Part shown: piece by piece, positions 1 to 7,523 of the stretch
How the letters are laid out: every line of letters begins with the position of its first letter
How positions within the stretch are numbered: the first letter of the stretch is position 1
From: Candidatus Iainarchaeum sp.
GTDB taxonomy: Archaea; Iainarchaeota; Iainarchaeia; Iainarchaeales; JAXPJC01
NCBI GenBank assembly: GCA_016187745.1
Contig: JACPJC010000001.1
Location: 29,571-93,570, forward strand
Length of the DNA: 64,000 nt
Direction: 5' to 3'
Translations under genes and position numbers: made by a program
Notes under the pieces: generated by a model
The model's input: the letters and a program-made list of their open reading frames with translations, nothing else
Told to the model about the DNA's origin: nothing
Database searches by the model: none

Positions 1-201
1 AATCCATCATCGCCCATTACAATAAGCACAGAGGGCTCCCCCTGGGGAAATCTCATAACCCCCCAGTAGGCATCGCACCAGAAAGGGATTGCTGAGCATC
101 TTACCAATCCAATCCATGTGGCAACAAAAAGAAGCGCAACAACAAGGGCAATAAGGAAGCCCAATTTCCACACAACCTGCAGATTCGCCTTTTCAGCCAT
201 T
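1..201 (-). CDS. Hypothetical membrane protein, N-terminal fragment. The gene continues beyond the window start.
   Basis: ATG at 201..199 on the minus strand. Translation MAEKANLQVVWKLGFLIALVVALLFVATWIGLV... is hydrophobic, and the frame stays open to position 1. Confidence 0.35.
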
Positions 202-262
202 TTTTTCACATCAGCGCAATATCGCGCTATATTTATAAGGTTTGAGGGGGATTATAATTATT

Positions 263-433
263 ATGGTAAAACTTGAAAGGATGCCGGGGAGCGGATATGC
301 CCCAAGTTCCACGCTCGGGATAATGCGCTTTTTTGACACAGACTCCGGGGGGCCAAAATTGACCCCTGAATTTGTTGTTGTGCTCTGCGCAGTATTCGCG
401 GTTGCAATACTTGTCCTGCAGCTTGTTATTTAG
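263..433 (+). CDS. Preprotein translocase Sec61-beta (archaeal SecG-like) small subunit
   Basis: A 57-aa product M(VKLER)MPGSGYAPSSTLGIMRFFDTDSGGPKLTPEFVVVLCAVFAVAILVLQLVI has the G-rich segment, the GLIRFFD-like motif and a single C-terminal TM helix, as in archaeal Sec61-beta. An alternative start is at 281. Confidence 0.55.
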   Translation: MVKLERMPGSGYAPSSTLGIMRFFDTDSGGPKLTPEFVVVLCAVFAVAILVLQLVI

Positions 434-442
434 AATCAATAA

Positions 443-1129
443 TCATTTTCTGTTTTTCAGCAGGCTGAGCAGTTCCATCGGTATTGGGATAATTGTCTTG
501 TTTCCCTTCCCATTTGATTCCGTAAGCGCCTCCAATGTCCTGAGGTGCATTGCAGCGCTGTTTTTTGACAGGACATCCGCAGCCTTTTTCAGGTTGCCTG
601 CCGCCGCCAGTTCGCCTTCTGACCTTATTATTGAAGCGCGCTTTTCCCTTTCCGCTTCAGCCTGCTTTGCCATTATGGGCTTCATTTCCCCCGGCAGCTC
701 TATGTCCTGCATTTTTATTGCACTTACCTCAATGCCCCAGGGCTCTATTTCCGAACCCACAACTTCCTTGACCTTCGAGGAGATGTATTCCCTTTTTGCA
801 AGCACGGAATCAAGGTTGCTCGCTCCAACACTGTCGCGCAGCGCGGCCTGCGCATACTGTGCAACCGCATATATGTAATCCTGCACATTCAATACTGCTT
901 TCTTTGCGTCAATAACCTTGAAGTAGACAACGGCATTTATCTTCACAGGAACATTGTCAAGCGTCATTACCTCCTGCTTTGGGATGTCAATGGTTTTCGT
1001 GCGCATGTCCACTTTGACTATTTTCTGCACCGCAGGAAAAAAGAAATGCATCCCCGGGGCAAGCAATCCTGAGAATTTTCCCCCTGAAAATTTCACGCCC
1101 TCCTCAAACTCATATACGAATCTCATCAT
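443..1129 (-). CDS. SPFH/band-7 family protein (stomatin/prohibitin-like)
   Basis: 228 aa. N-terminal hydrophobic segment, SPFH core (VDMRTKTIDIPKQEVMTLDNVPVKINAVVYFKVID...), and a C-terminal Ala/Glu-rich coiled coil. Confidence 0.85.
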   Translation of the reverse strand: MMRFVYEFEEGVKFSGGKFSGLLAPGMHFFFPAVQKIVKVDMRTKTIDIPKQEVMTLDNVPVKINAVVYFKVIDAKKAVLNVQDYIYAVAQYAQAALRDSVGASNLDSVLAKREYISSKVKEVVGSEIEPWGIEVSAIKMQDIELPGEMKPIMAKQAEAEREKRASIIRSEGELAAAGNLKKAADVLSKNSAAMHLRTLEALTESNGKGNKTIIPIPMELLSLLKNRK

Positions 1130-2421
1130 GCAAATTCCTCCTTGTTGTATTCATTGACCAGACCTAGCAATTCCCTTCTTTCTGAATCAATCGCCTTGTG
1201 CCTGATTCCGAGCCTCCGGAATTCCTTTTTCTTCTGGAATTCTCCCTTTGGCGCCAGCACATATTTCTTCCTTTTTGAATCTTCCTCCATCGAGAACATT
1301 AAATGCTTTCTCGGCTTTTCAAACAAATCCAGGCTCATTCCCAGGAGCGTTCTTTCCCTTGCAATCAGCTCATCGCTCTTTCCCAAACCCTTCCTTTCAG
1401 CTTCAAATATTCCCGGCAGCTTCAGCTGCTTTCTCTCCTTCCTCAGCAGCACTTCAGCTTCTTCAATGTTTTTTGGATATTCCTTCCCCCTGTTAAGGAC
1501 CGTCTGGATTATCTCTTTGGGCTGCAGGCTGCTTTTCAGATATTCCTCCGCAAGATGCGTGTTGAATGCCCTGCATGATACTATATCGGTTTTTACCAGC
1601 TGTTTTTTCGGATAGGTGTGGATTGCAATATGGCTTTCCGCGATTATGACAACCCCTGAAACTCCGCTCTCATCCTCCTTTTCCGAGTAGTAGTGGAAGG
1701 CACTAGGCTCGGAAATCTTCTGCATGCCGATGAGGTTTGGCAATTCATCCAGCATGCGCCTCACGAATTCCTCGCTGTTCAGCTTTTCCGAATTGCACTT
1801 GTAGGAATCAAAAATGAACTGCGTTCCGTAGGTTTCGGAAAACTGCCTGAAAGCAAGATAGAACAGCCTGTTTCCAAGCTCATAGCCGATTTGATACAGA
1901 AATATTGCAATGAAGTATATCCAATTGCTAAGATAGATTGAAACAGCAAATCCTGCAACAATCAGCAGAGGCCTTTCCTTAATGAAAAATTCCAGTGTTC
2001 TGTTTATTCTCTTCATTGATTTTCTCAGATTGTCAGAATATTCGTTCAGCGCCTCATCTGCAAATGCAAAGACTATGAAAACCAGGAGCAGCGGAATGCT
2101 TACCTGCGGCAATCCCAGGAAAGCAACCATTCCGACCAATAATGCGACCGCCAGCTGATGGCTCCTGTCAATCCTTTCATGCAGCAGAACCCCGATTACA
2201 ACGGCAATCCCAATGGTTGCAGTTTCAGTTGATAAGGAAACTAAATAGCCTGCGGAAATCCCGAAAACTGCGCCAAATGCATATTTCAGTTTCGGCCCGA
2301 CTTTTGCCTGCTCGTCAATCAAATTGTCCGTAACCTTGGTCAGGATTCCGGTTATGAAACTCAATGAGAAAATCAGAATATTAAGAAAAGACAGGAACAT
2401 TTTTTCACTCCCACATCCCAT
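1126..2421 (-). CDS. speH: Polytopic membrane protein fused to a pyruvoyl-dependent S-adenosylmethionine decarboxylase (SpeH-like) core and a charged C-terminal tail
   Basis: Residues 1-180 contain multiple TM helices. Residues ~190-300 read ...ESGVSGVVIIAESHIAIHTYPKKQLVKTDIVSCRAFN, which matches the archaeal SpeH proenzyme motif (VLVLLAESHISIHTYPE...VDVFTCG). The start overlaps the SPFH start by 4 bp (ATGA). Confidence 0.6.
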   Translation of the reverse strand: MGCGSEKMFLSFLNILIFSLSFITGILTKVTDNLIDEQAKVGPKLKYAFGAVFGISAGYLVSLSTETATIGIAVVIGVLLHERIDRSHQLAVALLVGMVAFLGLPQVSIPLLLVFIVFAFADEALNEYSDNLRKSMKRINRTLEFFIKERPLLIVAGFAVSIYLSNWIYFIAIFLYQIGYELGNRLFYLAFRQFSETYGTQFIFDSYKCNSEKLNSEEFVRRMLDELPNLIGMQKISEPSAFHYYSEKEDESGVSGVVIIAESHIAIHTYPKKQLVKTDIVSCRAFNTHLAEEYLKSSLQPKEIIQTVLNRGKEYPKNIEEAEVLLRKERKQLKLPGIFEAERKGLGKSDELIARERTLLGMSLDLFEKPRKHLMFSMEEDSKRKKYVLAPKGEFQKKKEFRRLGIRHKAIDSERRELLGLVNEYNKEEFA

Positions 2422-3346
2422 TTTTTTCTTTCAGTGCAGCAATCATTATGGGAAACAAGATTGTCGCATCCCCCACAACATTTGCTGTTTTTCCCTTCTC
2501 CTGTATTTTTCCCCAGCTCTTCGCTTCCTTTGTTTGTGCGCCAGAAAGGCTCCCGTCATATTCTGAGGCAGTTGAAACATACACTGCATAATCTAATCCT
2601 TCCCTCACAATATTCGCGCCTATCACATGGTGCTTTGAAATTCCCCCGCCTAAAATTATTCCCGCGGTTTTATCAGCATTAAGCACAATGTTCGCAAGCT
2701 CCTTCATATCCCCGGTTACATCAACGCAGAAATCAGGGTGGTTCTGCTTGAAGAAGAACATCTGCAATCCTATTGCGCCGTCTGTAATTCCCGGGCAGAA
2801 AACAGGGATCTTGTTTTTTGCAGCCCAGTAGAGGAAAGAGCTTTCATTCAGTCTGCTCCCTATGAATTCATTCAGCGCCCTTGGGGAAGTTGATTTGCTG
2901 CTTGCATACAGTTCCGAAAAAATCTTCTGCATCTTTTTCTCAAACAGCACAAAATGCCCCGTGGGGATGAAAATATTCCCGAGGCGGTTTATGCTTTTCT
3001 TGTGCAGCTCAACATCATTAACATCAAACGCGCCCTTGTAATACGGCACAAACGATTTTATCACATCATGGTCAATGCTTCCCGCTGTTGTCACAATCGC
3101 ATCAATGAAATGGGACTTGCACAGCTCTGCAAACACCCCGCGCAATCCGCTCGCTACCATGTTTGCCGTAAAAGCAAGGAAAATTGTGCATTTCTCCTCC
3201 TTCATTTTGCGCAGAATCTCAACAGCATCAGCCAGATGGGAAGCCTGAAAGCCAGAAGCGGAGAAAATACTGACCAGATCATCTGCTGAATTTCCGCCTT
3301 CATTCAATTTCATGTCCTTTATTTCCTCAAGGCCTAATTTCTTCAT
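2405..3346 (-). CDS. dys: Deoxyhypusine synthase
   Basis: 313 aa. Conserved DHS blocks (TANMVASGLRGV..., GGGISKHHVIGANI, spermidine/NAD-binding region). Overlaps the downstream gene by 17 bp. Confidence 0.85.
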   Translation of the reverse strand: MKKLGLEEIKDMKLNEGGNSADDLVSIFSASGFQASHLADAVEILRKMKEEKCTIFLAFTANMVASGLRGVFAELCKSHFIDAIVTTAGSIDHDVIKSFVPYYKGAFDVNDVELHKKSINRLGNIFIPTGHFVLFEKKMQKIFSELYASSKSTSPRALNEFIGSRLNESSFLYWAAKNKIPVFCPGITDGAIGLQMFFFKQNHPDFCVDVTGDMKELANIVLNADKTAGIILGGGISKHHVIGANIVREGLDYAVYVSTASEYDGSLSGAQTKEAKSWGKIQEKGKTANVVGDATILFPIMIAALKEKNGMWE

Positions 3347-3526
3347 AAATGCATCAGCTCCGTAAAATTACATGGGATTATTTATGCCAAAAATAAAAAT
3401 TCAAAAGTTGCACTGGATAAATTGCAGAACAAGCGCCTTCATATAGGGTATTGGGTAAATATGCAGTGCATTTCAGAAATATTGGTGTTGCAAGAATATT
3501 TAAACCTAACTTTGCACTAATCGGAT

Positions 3527-3883
3527 ATGCCATTACCCAAGAGAGTGGAAGTACTGAGAAACGTAGAGGCAGCAAGGAAGAAGCTCAGATTGTTCAGAAA
3601 AACGAAGCCGTGGAAAGTTATTCAGGCAAGAGACAAAAGTGCGATAAACCTGGCACTTGATTATTTCAGGATAAGGGACATAAAAACAAGAGAGAAAGTG
3701 CACAGGGAGATGCAGCAATACAAGGATCAGCACATAAAATTAAAAAATAGGATTTACACTCCAAGCGCTCTACAGTTTGATGCGCTAGATGGGAAACATT
3801 ATGACACGTTGAATAGGCTATTGCGGGGCAATGCACTTAAATTCGAGATTTCATTCCGGAAGTACCGGAAAAAACTTTATTAA
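3527..3883 (+). CDS. Hypothetical small basic protein
   Basis: A 118-aa ORF in the 740-bp divergent intergenic region. Lys/Arg-rich, with no recognisable domain. Confidence 0.3.
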   Translation: MPLPKRVEVLRNVEAARKKLRLFRKTKPWKVIQARDKSAINLALDYFRIRDIKTREKVHREMQQYKDQHIKLKNRIYTPSALQFDALDGKHYDTLNRLLRGNALKFEISFRKYRKKLY

Positions 3884-4084
3884 TATAATAAATGAAATTC
3901 CAGGCGTGTACCAAAAGCAATTAATAATGCGGATTTGTAATGCCTTCCGCAGGGGCCTGCTTGATTTAGGAGGTGGCTCACCAAGTAAATTTTTTTTGAT
4001 TCAGGCCCCCTGCATTTTCTTTTTTTTTGATTCAGAAATTTGAAAGAAAAGCCTTAAATACAACATTAATTCTCTATATTTCCG

Positions 4085-6496
4085 ATGAAAAGAATCCTGT
4101 TTTTGTTTGCGCTTATGCTTTCATTAGGATTTGCAGGCGCGCAGTTTCCATTTGGGCAGCCGCAAGGCCAGCAGGGGGGCTCTGGATTCCCGCAGCAGGG
4201 ATTCCCCCAACAGCAGGGATTTGGATTTCCCCAGCAGATGCCGCAGCAGCAAGGCGGATTTGGCTTTGGCACAGCGCCACAGCAGGGCTTTGGGTTCGGG
4301 CAGGGCCAGCAGCAGTTTACCCCGCCTACTCCCGGATTTATAGGTATGCCAAGCGGCTTTGAAGCAAGCGCAATTGCACTGCCTCCGCAGTTTCCTTCAG
4401 GCGCTCCAATAAATGAAATGGTTTCAGCACGCATGGGGCAGAAGATATTTGAGAGGTTTGGAACGCAGGAATTAATTTCAATGTGTGCAGATGAGGAAAA
4501 AATGGCTGAAACAATTTATGATTATGTAAAGAGCCTGCAGATGCCTGAGCTGTGCGCGCCGATAAAGGAAGGCCTGCAGAACTGCGAGAAATCGATTGAA
4601 TTCTGCAATGCAATGGGTCAGGGAGTGCCATCTGGAAAGGATGGCAAAGAAATACTGCAGGCATGCCCGCCTGATGAGCAAATTATGAAGCAGATCTGCA
4701 TTGAAAGGAACAGTGAGGACCAGGGCAGGCGCTCTGCTGACTTTGATGAGGATGTTCCACTGCAGTGCGAGCTTGATTGGGAAAGAAATGCAGGAAACTT
4801 CCGGAGAATGTGCGAGCAGAGAAAAATTGAAAAGGAGAGAAAAGAATGCAGGCGCCCGGAGTTTGATGAAAGCTTCAGAAGGGACTGCGGCATGCGCAAT
4901 GGAAGGATTATAGACCGATTTGACCAGTTCGGCTGCGTTTCAGGATGGGAATGCCAGGGCGGAGAATCCTTTGGAAGAGAAACGCCGCAAAGGGCAATAT
5001 GCGGAAATAATTTATGCGAATATCAGGAAAACCCTGACAACTGCCCGGGTGATTGCAGACTTACTGGCGCGAGATGCGGGGACAATTTCTGCGATTCCGG
5101 GAATAATGAGAATTCAGGAAACTGCAGGCAGGATTGCCTGCCGAATTGCGGCGACGGAATATGCGCAGGAATTTCATGCATGTCAACAGGCTGCCCAGAA
5201 AGCGAGAATTCAGCCAACTGCCCGAATGATTGCGAAATAAGGCGCGAGCCCGGCGCAATATGCGGAAATACAATCTGCGAAGCAGGGGAGGATTATGGGA
5301 ATTGCGCCTCTGACTGCCAGGCGCCTGTAATAACAGAGGAGCCATTTGTCGGGCAGCCGGCTTCAACCGAAGAAACAGAGCCTTCAACAACAGAAATCGC
5401 AACTTCAACAGAGGCTGCAACAACCACTACTGAAACAACCGCAACATCAGCAGAAACCGGAACTGCAACAACTGAAACAGCAGCAACAACCACAACAACC
5501 GAAACCACAGCCCCCGCTGCAACAACAGAGCCGGCGCCAGAAGCTACAGCAACAACTTCCACAAAAAAGAGAGTTAATATTTATAAAATTTATATGCAGG
5601 GGTTTGGCTATCCGCAGCCAATGGCTCCGCAGCAGCCGATGCAGCCGCAGGGCTTCGGGTTTGGAATGCAGCAGGGCTTCGGGCAGGCGCAGGGAAATGA
5701 AGCCAATGCGCAGGACTTCTGCGACAAGGATTCATATATCCGGAGTTGCATGGGCAGGATGGAGGAGCAGTTCAACCAGCAGTTCCAGGAAACCAATGTT
5801 GACAGGATATGCGAGCTTGAGGCAAAACTGAACAAGAACCAGATGGCAAGGTTCTGCAAGCAGATGGAGCAGGGAAAAGACGATTGCAAAAAGCACGCAG
5901 AAGACGGATGCAAATTCATAGAAAAACAGCTCGGGAAATGCCAGGAAATGTCATCAGAAGAAGGCATAAAATCAATAATAGAAGAAAAGGCGCACGAGGG
6001 ATGCCTGTTCATCAAGATGCAGCAGTCGCAGTTCAGCGGATTCGGCCTTCCGTTTATGCAGCCCCAGGCGCTTCCGCTTGATTCGCAGATATTCAATACT
6101 GTTTCAGCGCTTGCGCAGAGCGAAAACATGCTTACAGGGGAGTATGCCCCGTGGCTTTCAGGCGAAAGGGGCAGGCTTGTGGATGTTGCGGAGGATGTTG
6201 GAAAGGCAGAGGCGAATGAGAAATCAAAAGATTTGATTTACCAGATAACAAAATTCTTCGGCATGCAGAAGGAAAAGGAACTGAAGGAAGCGAAAGCGCT
6301 GGAGAAACAGACTGAAAAGCTTGAAAAAACAATTGAGAATCTGAAGGCGCTTGCAGAGCAGATGCCTGATGAGAGCACAAAAACAGCGCTTGAAGAGAGC
6401 ATCAAAGGGCTGGAAGAGCGCATGTCCGAGCTGCAGGCAATGGTGCAGTCCAAGGAAGCAGGCGCAGCAGGCATAATGGGAATATTCGGCGGATGA
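4085..6496 (+). CDS. Secreted low-complexity protein: signal peptide, FG/Q-rich repeats, Cys-rich DUF4215-like repeats, Thr/Ala-rich stalk, second FG/Q-rich region, C-terminal coiled coil
   Basis: - Signal peptide MKRILFLFALMLSLGFAGAQ.
- About 90 aa of GFPQQ/QGFGFG repeats.
- Four repeats of CG(N/D)xxCExxExxxNCxxDC (nt ~4997-5345).
- TEETEPSTTEIATSTEAATTTTETTATS... linker (nt ~5340-5580).
- Second MQGFGYPQP...QGFGFGMQQGFGQ region.
- Two 8-Cys helical domains.
- Heptad-rich C-terminus ending GAAGIMGIFGG. Confidence 0.8.
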   Translation: MKRILFLFALMLSLGFAGAQFPFGQPQGQQGGSGFPQQGFPQQQGFGFPQQMPQQQGGFGFGTAPQQGFGFGQGQQQFTPPTPGFIGMPSGFEASAIALPPQFPSGAPINEMVSARMGQKIFERFGTQELISMCADEEKMAETIYDYVKSLQMPELCAPIKEGLQNCEKSIEFCNAMGQGVPSGKDGKEILQACPPDEQIMKQICIERNSEDQGRRSADFDEDVPLQCELDWERNAGNFRRMCEQRKIEKERKECRRPEFDESFRRDCGMRNGRIIDRFDQFGCVSGWECQGGESFGRETPQRAICGNNLCEYQENPDNCPGDCRLTGARCGDNFCDSGNNENSGNCRQDCLPNCGDGICAGISCMSTGCPESENSANCPNDCEIRREPGAICGNTICEAGEDYGNCASDCQAPVITEEPFVGQPASTEETEPSTTEIATSTEAATTTTETTATSAETGTATTETAATTTTTETTAPAATTEPAPEATATTSTKKRVNIYKIYMQGFGYPQPMAPQQPMQPQGFGFGMQQGFGQAQGNEANAQDFCDKDSYIRSCMGRMEEQFNQQFQETNVDRICELEAKLNKNQMARFCKQMEQGKDDCKKHAEDGCKFIEKQLGKCQEMSSEEGIKSIIEEKAHEGCLFIKMQQSQFSGFGLPFMQPQALPLDSQIFNTVSALAQSENMLTGEYAPWLSGERGRLVDVAEDVGKAEANEKSKDLIYQITKFFGMQKEKELKEAKALEKQTEKLEKTIENLKALAEQMPDESTKTALEESIKGLEERMSELQAMVQSKEAGAAGIMGIFGG

Positions 6497-6514
6497 TATA
6501 ACTCAATATGGGCA

Positions 6515-7000
6515 TTATCCATCGCGTCTGATTTTCGCAAGTCTGGACTCATTATCAATGGCATTTTGCAACTCAAACATCTTAGCCCCTAAAGAATCAA
6601 CCAAATCCTTTGCAGCCTTCCATTCTGCAGGGTTATCACTAGAGTTTATTTTCAGTAAGTTAGCATTGGCAGCCTTCAATTTCTTTTTTATTCTGCTTAA
6701 TTCTTCAAGCTTGCCAGGAGAATAGTTCTTGTGCATTGCTATGATGCCCAATGCATCGTTTGCAGCGTTTTTTGCTATAAATATCTTCCCCCTAGCTCTT
6801 GTAAAATGTTTAAATTTACCTTGTCTGATAGCCCTATCAAGTATCCCCACAACAGTGCTTTTAGCTAAATTACATTCCACACTAATTGGCTCTACAAATG
6901 CCCATAAAGGCATATATCCCTCGGGCGCTTTTACCCGCCCAGATACCCTCCCTCTTACAAGCATCCTTCTTTTTACAGGCATAAAAACCACGTTATGCAT
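6515..7000 (-). CDS. Hypothetical protein, paralog A of a tandem pair (basic N-terminus, C-terminal coiled coil)
   Basis: 161 aa. Its C-terminal half KNYSPGKLEELSRIKKKLKAANANLLKINSSDNPAEWKAAKDL... aligns with KGYSLEESRELAKLKKSLRKANEELVRINSDQRLKMQNPAKWTAEQD... of the adjacent gene. Confidence 0.6.
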   Translation of the reverse strand: MHNVVFMPVKRRMLVRGRVSGRVKAPEGYMPLWAFVEPISVECNLAKSTVVGILDRAIRQGKFKHFTRARGKIFIAKNAANDALGIIAMHKNYSPGKLEELSRIKKKLKAANANLLKINSSDNPAEWKAAKDLVDSLGAKMFELQNAIDNESRLAKIRRDG

Positions 7001-7010
7001 AACCCGTGCT

Positions 7011-7514
7011 TCAATATCTAAGCCTTTTTAATTCAGCCTTCACTGTAAGATTCTTTTCCATCTCATTTATGCTTCCGCCAAGCTTATAAACCTCTTTTTG
7101 CGCAGCATCCTGCTCCGCAGTCCATTTCGCAGGATTCTGCATCTTAAGCCTCTGGTCTGAATTAATTCTTACTAATTCCTCGTTTGCCTTTCTCAGCGAT
7201 TTTTTTAGTTTTGCCAGCTCCCTGCTTTCTTCCAAGGAATAGCCTTTGTAACGTTCAACATACGCCTCCAAAGCACTTTCAGGCACGAGGAGATATGGCT
7301 TTTTTCCGACAAAAACCCTTTTCACCCCGCTGAGTTTGCCTAAAAAGAACTCAATACGTTGCCTATCCGCTTCCAAACCGTGTGTCATAGCCAGTTTATG
7401 CACAAACATATCGGTTGTAAGGTATCCCTTCCGGGCCAATAGCTTATTCTTATTTACTCTCTTTATGCCGCGGGCTGCATATTTTCTTATCAGAGGCCTG
7501 CCCGGTTTTTTCAT
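7011..7514 (-). CDS. Hypothetical protein, paralog B of the tandem pair
   Basis: 167 aa. Basic N-terminus MKKPGRPLIRKYAARGIKRVNKNKLLARKG. Shares the C-terminal coiled-coil block with 6515..7000. Confidence 0.6.
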   Translation of the reverse strand: MKKPGRPLIRKYAARGIKRVNKNKLLARKGYLTTDMFVHKLAMTHGLEADRQRIEFFLGKLSGVKRVFVGKKPYLLVPESALEAYVERYKGYSLEESRELAKLKKSLRKANEELVRINSDQRLKMQNPAKWTAEQDAAQKEVYKLGGSINEMEKNLTVKAELKRLRY

Positions 7515-7523
7515 AATGCTTGC

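Noticed and set aside
3347-4084. Long 740-bp intergenic region with poly-T/poly-A tracts; considered as a possible ncRNA or degraded element
   Set aside because: No stable extended secondary structure, repeats or conserved RNA motifs are recognisable by eye. It is most simply a divergent promoter region for dys and the large secreted-protein gene, possibly holding one small basic ORF.
4066-4434. 122-aa minus-strand Cys/Pro/Gly-rich ORF
   Set aside because: Antisense translation of the GFPQQ/QGFGFG repeat region (CAG/CCC/GGG-rich) of the secreted protein; a compositional artefact.
5293-5831. ORFs on both strands (89-aa minus, 161-aa plus) inside the Thr/Ala-rich stalk region of the large secreted protein
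   Set aside because: They are generated by the low-complexity acaacNgaaaca repeats. They lie entirely inside a well-supported long ORF on the + strand, and their translations are pure low-complexity strings.
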